Of a stretch of 64,000 nucleotides of DNA, positions 1 to 10,648 are shown piece after piece. Below the pieces are notes generated by a model. That model ran no database searches. It was not told where the DNA came from and saw only the letters and a program-made list of their open reading frames with translations. Position 1 is the stretch's first letter, and each line of letters starts with the position of its first letter. The position numbers were made by a program, and so were the translations under genes. Source of the stretch: Neoechinorhynchus agilis (taxonomy: Eukaryota; Animalia; Acanthocephala); contig JBMGUZ010000007.1 of the NCBI GenBank assembly GCA_051530055.1, forward strand, positions 19,178 to 83,177, read 5' to 3'.

Positions 1-308
1 GGATATAAATCCCATCGCCACTAAATCCTTCCTGTTGGGCAACTACTTTTCCCTGACATTCACCTTACTATTCCTCCCCCGCCAACAGTCCAAAAATCCC
101 TTTAACCCGAGAATACGTCTCCTCAAAGTAACTTTTATTTAACCATTCGTAGCCTCCCTCTTTCCTAACAGGAGATACAAGCTCCTTACTTTCCCTCTCC
201 TTAACCTCTAATCCCTCTCCTTGCCCCCTGAGCCCACTCCATAACCTAACGGAATCACACATATAAAAGATTTCTGCACCAATTACAAACTCGATCTCAA
301 TTCCTCTA

Positions 309-564
309 CCACCAATGACGCACAGCCAAAGGGGACGAAATACCGCTGAAGGGAGGAAACCCACTGATGAGTCCCGCCTCCTGGAGGTATCTGAGGATCC
401 GATGTACAAACTTTTAACCGTGCATTAGAGACTATGTGGTTATATCACTTCTTTGGTGTAATTGGTTTGGCTTTATGCCTAAATAAAAAAAGCCGGACAA
501 GAAAGGGATTGACTAAAATTGAATGATCATAACATACCGGCTTGCCAGTAAAACTTTAAAAAAA
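309..564 (+). mobile_element. Hammerhead-bearing ~256-bp non-coding retroelement monomer (mirror 44260-44515, minus strand)
   Basis: Interrupts a LINE whose uninterrupted homologue is at about 53700-53760. A-rich 3' end; tcta on both sides. Homologous to 5479-5930. Confidence 0.8.
332..400 (+). ncRNA. Candidate permuted hammerhead ribozyme, variant A
   Basis: gggac-GAAA-tacc ... ccca-CTGATGA-gtccc ... ggta-TC-tgag; one mismatch in stem I. Confidence 0.7.
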
Positions 565-3010
565 TCTAAATGCTTCGAAATGATCCCTTCTCTCCCGCAA
601 CCCCACATCATCCCTTGATCTTCTAAATGACATCCTACGAGTCACTTACTTAAGAATTCTGGTCTCCAATTTTAATCAAATTTGAAATGGGACTCGCACA
701 TCACTCTTCCTCAAGCACAACACTTTTAAAATTTATCTCCTCAGACGCCCCCGACATTTATTAATCCCTTCAACCGATCTCTACAAATTTTACTTCTGCT
801 TTATTTTACCACACCTCACCCACGGTTATCCCATATTTTGCAACCTTCCCAAATCGCTAATCCGTCGTCTTGAAATTCTTCAAAAAATAGCATCTAAAAT
901 TTGTACAACTGACACTCCCCCTCTCACCGAATGCCTTGATGCTATTTTCATAAAACAATCAAAACGCCTCGTAACCCTACAACCACAATTTCTACAATTT
1001 ATCGCTCCCTTTTCACACGAGCATAACACTCGTAATCCTAATTCGTTTCATCCTCCATCAACCTCGCACCTCTCTAAATCTACGCTCCTTTTTCTATGCT
1101 GCCAAATCTTCTCGGATGTCATAACCTGAAATGATTCTGAGGAAAGATATTATCTAAAGCCTCTTTTCCCAACACCCTCATGTTTATTCGAGATTTATTA
1201 TCGAACGGAAAATGGGTGTTTTATTTGTTTATTGCTTCAAATTTTCGACGCCTTGCGTCTTCGTCAGGAAGCTTTTCTTCGGTTGTCTGAAAAGGACCCT
1301 ACAACCACAATTTCTACAATTTATCGCTCCCTTTTCACACGAGCATAACACTCGTAATCCTAATTCGTTTCATCCTCCATCAACCTCGCACCTCTCTAAA
1401 TCTACGCTCCTTTTTCTATGCTGCCAAATCAGGAAAGACCAACCTTACAAGCGCTCCTGTGAGCAATAAGCGTCAATTCCCACAACCGGATATTCTCACC
1501 CGAACAAACCTCCCTCTACTGGATAGTCCCACCCGAATAGACATCCCCCCGATCAGATATTACCACCAGAACAGACCTTCCAACCCAACCGAATATTCTC
1601 AAACGAACGGACACATTCTCACCCGAACAAACCTCCCTCGACTGGATAGTTCCTACCTGAATAAACATCCCTCCGACCAGATATTATCACCAGAACGGAC
1701 ATCCCTCGACTGCATATACCAATATTAACGGATGAAGACCCAAAGATACATGGCTCCTCCTAAACCTTTCTTTGTATTTTCAATAAACGTGTTATTATAA
1801 AGGCTAAATTCTTCAAAAATACGTGGACTGTTGTTGACGAATCATTTTATGCTAAATAAAATAAAAAACCACGATGGTTCTCAACTTTGCTTTTGTTTCT
1901 TGTCTTCTATTTAAAACATCAAGTCATGACGTGATGAGCAAAATGGTTTAATTTGTATACAAGAGCATTCGACGTACTTAGAGATTTCGAAACAGTAAAC
2001 TCAAGGCGATTATTGTGCTAGATAACCACTTTCAGTGTGGATATTATTCTTTTTTAGACCGTGCTCTTCATCTGAAACGGCCGCAAACTTAGTAACATGC
2101 GACATTTTTCTGAAGTTGGCTAGGAAAGTGTTAGAGTTGAAGCCGGATATTCTCGAACGTATTGACAAATTCTCACCCGAACGAACGTCGCCCGACTTTA
2201 TGAGACATCCCTCCGACCAGATATTATCACCGGAACCGACATAACTCGACTGGATATTATCATCCCAACGGGTGCGCTTTTTTTGGAACAACTGCGAACT
2301 CGAATGCTTACGAGGACCCAAAGGTAGATGGGCCCTCTTATTCTTTGTGTTTTAAACAATAAACGTGTTTTTATTATAACTTTCTTTTCGTATCTACCAT
2401 ATAAGAACTCATCATCGAATCCTTCCACCGGCCCTCCAAACTCAACCCAGACCTCATTTTTGCGAACACCCCAGAACATCCAATACATCCCAAAAAATCG
2501 AAAAGGAAGCGACTCCCCAACTTCTTTGACTACGTCAACTGCACCAGCACCCTAAAACCCATATATTTCAATCTCTACGTCCTTTCACATTAAAAACTCT
2601 CTTTCTCTAAAACAAGTAAATAATTATCACTCAACACAAACAAAAAAACCCAATAAATCTGCCCGTCCAATGATAGTTGATCCACATCAATTCAAAATTC
2701 AAAACTCGCTCTTATCATTGCCGTACAAATTTTCGATTCACCCCCGGAATTCTCTCTTTGGGATAATCAATCCTTTTGATCGGCAACTTTTAACGATTCC
2801 TCCTTTAATTTACCACAATCGACGTACAATGCAACCTCAATTTCCCTCATTCCCACCCCCGATTTACCAAAATCAGAAATCCCATTTGTAATCGTAATCT
2901 ACTCCAATATTCGTAGCCTCCCTCCTAAACTAAATGAAATTCCACTCATTTCATCTACCTCAAAGGCGCTTACTTTCTTCAACTGCGATTCAGCCATCCT
3001 TCCCGGCGAA

Positions 3011-4030
3011 ATGTTGGAATATTTCAGTGTTCCACATAACCTAATTGCCAGGATTCATAATACCCTTTTCTCGAAAGCTTTTTATTGCGATGATGATGCT
3101 GGCAAGACGTTTTATTACCCCGTTAACGGTGTTCCACAAGGATCGCAGATCTCCCCTATTTTATTCCTTTTAGCCTCTCAATACACTGTACAAAATTATC
3201 CTCTTAATTCATCTATGATTTGTTATGCAGATGAAATCAGTTTTGTGATGAAATCTCATAGGGCAGCCGGGCTGAAACTTTTAATGGAACAATCCATAGA
3301 GTATCTAAACACCATACTACCTCACATAAATCTTTCTGCCATATATCATTGTCCTTGGGGTGAATTTGATTGTACGTTCGTGAATCCTGTCCCCGGTGTT
3401 GACGTTACTCATTTATTTGAGAAATATTTCGCGAGGTTTTCCTTGCCTCTTCAGTCTCCATTGCTTGTAAGTTTTTAAATATTCGAGAAGCAATAGAGAC
3501 TGAAGAGGCAAGGAAAACCTCGCGAAATATTTCTCAAATAAATGAGTAACGACAACACCGGGGACAGGATTCGCCAACGTACAATAAATCTTTCTCTTAA
3601 TTTAATAAAAACAAAATTGATCATTAAGACCCGCTCAAGCCGAATACGCAGAAACTTCGAACTATTCTTTTCTTCACTTTTATCCGACAATTCTCAATCC
3701 TTATCGAACAACTATTTTATGCCCAACAAGCTACGTATTCTCGGACACACGAGCACAGTCAATTTATCCCCTAGGACAGACATTACTCAAATGAAAAAAC
3801 TTTTAAAAGTAGCCAAATCGAAAGCAACTCGTGCCTATAAATTGGGACTGATTTTTAATAACGCAAGAACTGTTTGGAAAACTTGGGTTATCTCCAGCCT
3901 TGTTTTTTTTCTCCCGAACACAAGTAACTTTTTATTCAAACGTTTTTCAGGCACATTGACTCATTGCCACAATCCTGGGTTTCCAAAGGATTTTTTGCCT
4001 GCGACGTTGAGATCGATGGACATCTAACAT
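3011..4030 (+). mobile_element. Degenerate non-LTR reverse transcriptase, interrupted (mirror 40794-41813)
   Basis: GVPQGSQISPILF and CYADE motifs. The frame HINLS/LNLIKTKLII rejoins across the 3338-3583 insertion. Confidence 0.75.
3338..3583. mobile_element. Foldback insertion with 98-bp arms and 12-bp TSD (mirror 41241-41486)
   Basis: Arms 3369-3466 and 3488-3585 (4 mismatches); ataaatctttct at 3326-3337 and 3584-3595. Confidence 0.85.
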
Positions 4031-4135
4031 ACACATCTGACACAAATATCCTCCGACGCTGATACGCTGAATAAATTCTCCTTGTTGTTGTGAGGTGTGT
4101 AAAAAAAGAACGTTTATTTGTTAGTTCTTATACAA

Positions 4136-4360
4136 TCACCACCGTCCGCGAAATTGGAGCTTCTCTCCTTCCTCGGCTGTCGCTATCACGCTACCAACAT
4201 TGCCTCGTTGTAATGCGAACGAGATATTTTGTCGCAGGAATACACCTGCTCGTGCGTCGCCGGTCGTTTCTCTCAATTTCTTCGAGACATCCTGGAGCAG
4301 AGTGAGTTCCGAGCTACTAAGCGCTCCATACGTCTCTACTCCGAAGGGCAGAAATTCATT
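4136..4360 (-). mobile_element. 3' end of CRE-clade (REL endonuclease) retrotransposon (mirror 40464-40688)
   Basis: Translates as FLPFGVETYGA...TGDARAGVFLRQNISFALQRGN. Confidence 0.75.
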
Positions 4361-5639
4361 GGAATCTCCAACCGTGGCCCACTATGGATATTCCCCCATC
4401 TTGAAACTCCTTCAAAAGCAAACATCTAAAGCCCATCGCAATAACCACCCAGACTTTCCCCGTTTACAATTAGCACTGGCTAACAAAATACTTGTTACCC
4501 GCAAAAACTTCCTTTCCTCCCTTTCCTCTAAAATTCATTACCCGGATCCCTTCCCCAAATTGCCCTCCACTGAATTAAAACAGGTTCTAGATTCCATTAA
4601 TCAGAACCTCGCCTAAAGGACACTATGTTGAATTTTAAAAGTAGATTCAATATTGAGGGAATAATGTAAGCAGCGAAATAATCGACTCATGGACTTTAGT
4701 TGCCTATTGATGGCAAATAAACCATCAAATTAATTGTAATAAGAACAGGAATGACATTTATTCCATGTATATTTTGGTTTTCTAAGGTGGGATCGTCATC
4801 CCAAACTAAGTTTGTTTCGTGACAACAAAAAAGGTTGAAAACTACTAGTAATGTCGAATCAAGGTTATACCGATAATCATATGAAGATTCGTTACGCTCG
4901 TCAAAATCCTCGGTGTTGTTCCGTGAAGGTGACCGATAAAATGCCCTCTTATATCCGGATGTTTGAATATAATTTATATTTCCTAATTTTCCATTATTAA
5001 TCATTTCTAGGAATTTTACTTTACTCGACTGAAGGCAGTAACGCTCAGAACATTTTGCAATAAAAAAGTTAAAAATCGTTTATCACATAATTTAAGTTTA
5101 TAAAACGTCTCAATGTTCTATTCCTCCTGGCGTTATTCTTTAAATTTCATCTATATTTACAAACCAGCTCTTCGTATGATACAGCTTTCATTTTCGCCAA
5201 CTTTGCTCCTAAAGATCACGCCCTTCCGCTTCTTCGTACCAGATTTGAATTTTTCATTAGTTATTTTACCGTGTAACATTTTCTCTTAACTTAATAAGAC
5301 TTTATATATTAAGATCGAAAAAATCGTTCTATTCTGCAAGACCTCTTACTTTTGATGGAAACGGACAGATTTCGTTTGCAACTAAAATACGCCTTTCGTT
5401 TCGATACAAAACTGACTCTCGCGCACGAATACTACCTAAATGCAGATCATTATTGTAAAACTAACATCAATTGTCCTTTTTTTAAGTTTTACTGGCAAGC
5501 CGGTATTGTTATCATCATTCAATTTTAGTCAATCCCTTTCTTGTCCGACTTAGTTTTTTAGGCATAAAGCCAAACCAATTACATCAGAGAAGTGATATAA
5601 CCACATAGTCTCTAATGCACGGTTAAAAGTTTGTACATC

Positions 5640-5708
5640 GGATCCTCAGATACCTCCAGGAGGCGGGACTCATCAGTGAGTTTCCTCCCTTCAGCGATAT
5701 TTCGTCCC
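5640..5708 (-). ncRNA. Candidate permuted hammerhead ribozyme, variant B
   Basis: gggac-GAAA-tatc ... ctca-CTGATGA-gtccc ... ggta-TC-tgag on the minus strand; G-U wobble in stem III. Confidence 0.75.
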
Positions 5709-5730
5709 CTCCAATGACGCACAGCCAAAG

Positions 5731-5801
5731 GGGACGAAATACCTCGTTGAAGGGAGGAAACTCACTGATGAGTCCCGCCTCCTGGAGGTATCTGAGGATC
5801 C
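5731..5801 (+). ncRNA. Candidate permuted hammerhead ribozyme, variant C
   Basis: gggac-GAAA-tacctc (5731-5745), ctca-CTGATGA-gtccc (5761-5776), gaggta-TC-tgag (5785-5796); all three stems fully complementary. Confidence 0.8.
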
Positions 5802-6832
5802 GGAGGAATGTACAAACTCTTAACCGTGCATTAGAGACTATGTGGTTATATCACTTCTCTGATGTAATTGGTTTGGCTTTATGCCTAAATAAAAAAGCCG
5901 GACAAGAAAGGGATTGACTAAAATTGAATTATCAATTGTCCTTATCACGGCGCTCGGCGTCCATTTATATTTTAAAGACTCCTGCAGTGACAACGACTTG
6001 CGACAACCAATGCTTAAAGATTGAAAGGAGTCGAACGGCTGCAATCGATTCCATAAATCCATTCAGAACAAATCAATACGACCTCGTAAATCAGGAAAAG
6101 ATCACTACATCGCTGCCACTTTTAAACAACTTAGCCGCTATTGGCGAAGTGGACTATTTTTCAGGTCTCGAAATATCTCAAAATCATGCTATTGCAAAAA
6201 AAAGGTGGAATTTTGATTTGACCAAGTTCAAACATTATTGCCTAAATTTCTAAAGATTCTTAATGTTTGTGGTGATTGGATATAGGCGTATAACGCCCAA
6301 AAATTTAGAATTCTAGAACGGAACTAATATCAATTTTTCGCCCCCACTTGAAACTGACGTCTAAAAGGCCATTTTGTAAAATTTTTAGGAAATTTGCATT
6401 ATTTAATAGATCGGATAAGAAGAAGTATCGACAGCGTAACCTTTTTTCCGTCAAGCAATGAGCAGAGCTTTTGAAAGTTCGCAGTAAGCTGTTTTCCCAA
6501 CGAACAATATTGAATGTTGATTTTATTTAGATTCAAGCGCTTCTAGGAAAGGAATTTTAAGTGAGATGCTTTACTACCATTGAACAATTTTGTATAGTGG
6601 ATTGAAACTTTAAACATTGGTGTACTTAAGTTGGTTTTCAATAAGAAGATTCATGCTTGAGAGTATGATTTTAAGGAAGATCCAAATAAAAACATTAAAT
6701 TTAAAATTTTAAATATTATAACCATAGAAACAACGTTTTAAGTAGATGCTTTGTTCATCAACGAGGTTGTTAATACGATAAAATGGGCCAGAAGCCTGGG
6801 ATTCCTCAGATAATTGTAAGAAATTCGGACAC

Positions 6833-7435
6833 TTGTACGTTCGCCCACATTTGTTCGTTAAGGTAATGTCTGCAATTCGCCAACCGTTCGTCAATTATAC
6901 AATGACCCGTCATATCAATTCATGTGGTGGAAGGTACAATAACTACAAGGATTATGTTTATCAGTACCATCAATTGTACAAGCTAATGGCGGAAGGTATT
7001 TCCAAGCTACAAACGGAATGTAATAAACTGAAGGGAGTATGCGGGTTGGCAGTGCTCAAAAACAACAAAAGACGGACTAAAAAGCAAAAGAAAACGTATA
7101 AGGCGAAAATCTATAAGAAAATTTTAAAATTATTGCTACGGTATATCCACGAATTTAAAAACATTCCCTACCTGCGCGCTCCAAACAATTACTTAATGGA
7201 AAAACGGAAAATGAAAAAGCGTTGTGACAAATACGAACGAGGAATGGAAATTGTTTTATGGAAAATGACAGAAGACTATCCCAAATTTTATAATTTTATG
7301 GGCGAAACAGAAGCACTCCTTCAGGAGCTAAAGACGAAGAATCTGAAGCATTTTAGCAAAAAGAAAGTCCAGAAAAATATTTCCCGGGTACTTAAGAAAT
7401 TCCTAAAAAACTCTGGAGCCATGCCTCAGCGGTAG
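6833..7435 (+). CDS. Lys-rich protein of unknown function; start codon uncertain
   Basis: Uninterrupted 200-codon ORF in AT-rich DNA, convergent with PHAX; no confident homology. Confidence 0.5.
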   Translation: MYVRPHLFVKVMSAIRQPFVNYTMTRHINSCGGRYNNYKDYVYQYHQLYKLMAEGISKLQTECNKLKGVCGLAVLKNNKRRTKKQKKTYKAKIYKKILKLLLRYIHEFKNIPYLRAPNNYLMEKRKMKKRCDKYERGMEIVLWKMTEDYPKFYNFMGETEALLQELKTKNLKHFSKKKVQKNISRVLKKFLKNSGAMPQR

Positions 7436-7649
7436 CCCATTATTAATCTTATTTTTAAAGAAAATAAAATGGTTAAATTTCGAACGAGATAGGTAATTTC
7501 ACACATGCCAAACTTAACTTATAATAAAGAATTTAATATAAAAATATACGAGAACGACATACAAAAAATTATCATCAAATGAATTATATAAATACTGGTG
7601 CTTTGATAACCAATGATGTTTCAAGCACTCAAACAGGACTTTGCGCTTA

Positions 7650-8306
7650 TTACTCATCCGGACTATCCACTTCCATTTCTTCACCTGAATCTCTAGTGTT
7701 AGCATCGGCGATATCGCCAATATCGAATCTAGACAATGCGAGACGTTCGATTTCAGAATCAGCTGAATTCTGCGATGATTTATTGGCATTATTTCCATTC
7801 ATCTTGAGATCATCATTAGCGAAGATCTTTGTACGAGCTTTCTGGGATATTCTTTTCGTATTAGACATCAAAAAGAGAAAAACTCCACCAGGAGTCCGCT
7901 GTCTGCTTTTATTTATCGTAAGCATTCCTCCCTTTTCTTGAATTTCGTTTGTTTTTGCCAGCAGCTTCTCACAAACTTTTACTCCCCCAAATCTTACACA
8001 TCGTTCAATTAATGAGTGATTTGGTTCATTGAGTTCATCAATAATCTTCTTGCACAGCAATTGTTTTTGTTGAAAATTCCCTTTGTTCTTACATCGAAGG
8101 TCCGAATAACTAACGATTGGGCGGTTGTCGTGAACATTAAAATCTTGAAATCTCGGCAAATTGTCATAGTCCTTCCAAGTGGCATGGCGAACGCTCACTT
8201 TGAGAAGATCCATTCGATTTGTCGTGTTCTCAACGGCTTCTCGTTCGAGGACGTCCCGCCAAACGCTGTTCAGTTGTCTTTTGGTTTTCTCATCGTTGGA
8301 GGACAT
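7650..8306 (-). CDS. PHAX: Phosphorylated adaptor for RNA export
   Basis: NSVWRDVLERE N-terminal motif and RNA-binding domain LNEP...GGMLT...RQRTPGGVFLFL. Confidence 0.9.
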   Translation of the reverse strand: MSSNDEKTKRQLNSVWRDVLEREAVENTTNRMDLLKVSVRHATWKDYDNLPRFQDFNVHDNRPIVSYSDLRCKNKGNFQQKQLLCKKIIDELNEPNHSLIERCVRFGGVKVCEKLLAKTNEIQEKGGMLTINKSRQRTPGGVFLFLMSNTKRISQKARTKIFANDDLKMNGNNANKSSQNSADSEIERLALSRFDIGDIADANTRDSGEEMEVDSPDE

Positions 8307-9519
8307 CTTAAGCCTTCAAAAAGGGACGCATTTTCCTCGGATTACGACGACAAAGTCACACACTCGTTAGGAAATAAATTTAGAATTATTTAAAGCTTTT
8401 ATAAGAAGAAGGAATAGTAAGAAAACTTTCAACTTTAAGTATGGATTCCTTAATATTCTCGAAAGGAATTACAAATTTACGATAATCCACCGATTTTCCT
8501 TAGGAGACCACAAAGATTTTATGTCGATAACCTTTTCCTAGCAATAAGTTGCGTTTTCAAAAACAAAATAGATCCAAATGGTAAATAGCGAGTAGTAAAC
8601 ACTTCGTTTTGTTTAAAGTAAGGAAAAAGAGAGAGCCGAAATTGTCAATTAACTAAAGAAATTAATCTGATCAGCTGATGAGATTCATCGAGGGAGATCA
8701 ATTGTGTCAGTTGAATACAAAAAGCAGATTCGATTCAAACAAACAGAATAAATAGTCGACATGTTTGAGCTTTCAAAAAGACCACCAAATTCGGAAATCG
8801 ACATCGGGCTGAGAAGAGCGCGGAAAACGTTTGCTCATAAAATCATAATGCTTAAGTACGGAGATCCAATAAAGAAAGACTTTCCAAGTCAGCAATTTAG
8901 AGGAAAATCTTTTAAATATCAAGGAAAATAAAAAAATGAACGCCATTTGTAGGATATTACAAGTGCATTTATACAGGACAAACAAATAATACGACGCTTT
9001 ATTTAAATATTTGAATAACAGCCTTTTGTCAGTTCGATTTGATCCACTTTTTCTTAACCATCGGTATTCTCTTTTGCACGATATTTATTATAGATACAAT
9101 TTTTTATTGTTTAAAGATTGAATTGTTGACTCAATTTTTGTGCACCGTAAAAACCTTTTTTTATTGCCGTTATTGGCTCGTAATTTGCCAAGAACGTATC
9201 AATCCGCGAAATAAAAATATTTTTTACATTTTTATTGATCTACTGTCGTTCAGTAAAAAGTTCAATGTAATCGCGTAAAGAATTCAACGTTATCGCTTCA
9301 ATTGCGAAAGTTCAATTCTTTTAATTTTCATAAAGTCCGAATGAAGCACAAGGATGCGATTATTCTTAAAATCTTGTAAAATATTATTTATACAAGCACA
9401 TTTTATTTAAAAAAAGCACAAGTAACCGAAATTCGTACTTTAAGTATCCGGTAAATCTTGTAAATTTTAAACAACTTTGATCGGTGTTGTTTTCCACTCT
9501 TTAATCCAAATCAATTCGC

Positions 9520-10393
9520 ATTTGGAGGATTGAGCAGTGGAGACGAAGGAGCGAAGGTAGAGATTTTAGCGAGGAACTAAAAGGATGGAAAATGTAGTTG
9601 GGGCGACGCAAGTGTTGTAAGTGTGGGAACGAAGAGAATGAATTGAGTACTTTTGAAAGATTAAAGAGTATGAGTTCGGCGGAGAAGATTAGAGCGCACC
9701 TCTCTTGTTAATTGTATTAATTTTTTTGAATAGTTTAGAAGAACAACTTCAAAACGTTGGATATGCGCGTAGATGAGCGTTCGAAGGATGGCCGACATAA
9801 AAGTACTTAAAGTCTTTGGATGATAATCCAAGGAATCGAAGGCGTTTAAGAAGATAGAGTTTAATGGGCCCTTTGTGCAACGAAATTGATGTGTGCTTGT
9901 CCTACTTTAGATTTTCTTGAAAATAAAGACCAAGTATACGAACAGAGGAGACGCGATTGATAGAAAAACGAAGAAGTTGCTGATCGGAAAGGCTATTTGA
10001 GATTGAGGGGGCGATTTCCAAGCACTTAGTTAAGGGTAAGACAATGCTTGAATGTGAGAAATCTCGTTAGAAGTAATTGAGAATCGATGAATGTGTAATG
10101 ATTGTAAGATCATCAGCATAAAAAGAAGTATTTAGAATAAGAAGAGGATGGAATAAGATCGTTCAGGAAAATGCTGAAGAGAATAGAGGAGAGAACGGTC
10201 CTTCGGGGATTCCCTTTTTGATTGCTAGGGTATTCGAGGCGATGCTCCCTATTTCGATGATTTGTAATCGATTGTTTAGGAAGGATTTCAACCATTTAAT
10301 TTGCCAGGCGGCAAGGCCAAATTTAGAGCGTGTATCAAGGCGAAGATTGTGATCGACGGAATCAAAAGCTATGGTGCTGAAGTCTTAATCATC
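9520..10393 (-). mobile_element. Degenerate LINE reverse transcriptase remnant (mirror 34431-35304)
   Basis: AFDSVDH, GIPEGTVLSSILFSIFLND and YADD motifs across frameshifts. Confidence 0.8.
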
Positions 10394-10648
10394 AACCTTT
10401 GAGAGATTAAATCTCCGCTTTTACTTCGTATTTCCATTCTCGCGCCTGGAAAAATCCCTTTAGATGAGGTGAGGTTACCTTGCTAAATATTTAAAATAAA
10501 TCGAGTATTTTTTGCCCAAAATTATGTTCACCACAGGTCTAAATAGAGAAGAGAGTTTTCAGAATGTCCATTCTCATGTTCCTTTAACATTTTGTATACG
10601 ACGTTAAGGAGATATTATAAAAAGACATCGACACTTCACTTTAAATTC

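Larger units (their letters stand above)
1..3010 (+). mobile_element. Scrambled L2/CR1-like LINE remnants with two 3' tails (mirror 41814-44823)
   Basis: 1-250, 245-1110 and 2380-3000 match parts of the LINE at 51050-54560. 3' stem-loop plus AATAAAC tails at about 1736-1790 and 2314-2370. Confidence 0.75.
5479..5930. mobile_element. Head-to-head inverted dimer of the hammerhead element with 13-bp TSD (mirror 38894-39345)
   Basis: atcaattgtcctt at 5466-5478 and 5931-5943. Minus-strand unit with A-tail at left; 3'-truncated plus-strand unit at right. Confidence 0.85.

Noticed and set aside
1488-1720. Repeat array as a CRISPR
   Set aside because: Repeats are degenerate and abut each other without unique spacers; eukaryotic LINE context; no cas genes.
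3467-3487. Hairpin loop gtaagt...ag as a 21-nt intron
   Set aside because: No flanking exon frame supports it, and the confirmed introns here are 46 and 136 nt.
5736-5771. Conventional type II hammerhead fold for the element
   Set aside because: There is no stem III-UH strand between GAAA and CUGAUGA; the matching gaggta-UC lies downstream of CUGAUGA.
4696-6253. Short ORFs around the hammerhead insertion as a disrupted host gene
   Set aside because: Removing the insertion gives only about 50 codons, with no recognisable domain or convincing splice model.
8674-8720. CTGATGAG as another hammerhead (mirror near 36140)
   Set aside because: No matching C-GAAA strand or complementary stems nearby.
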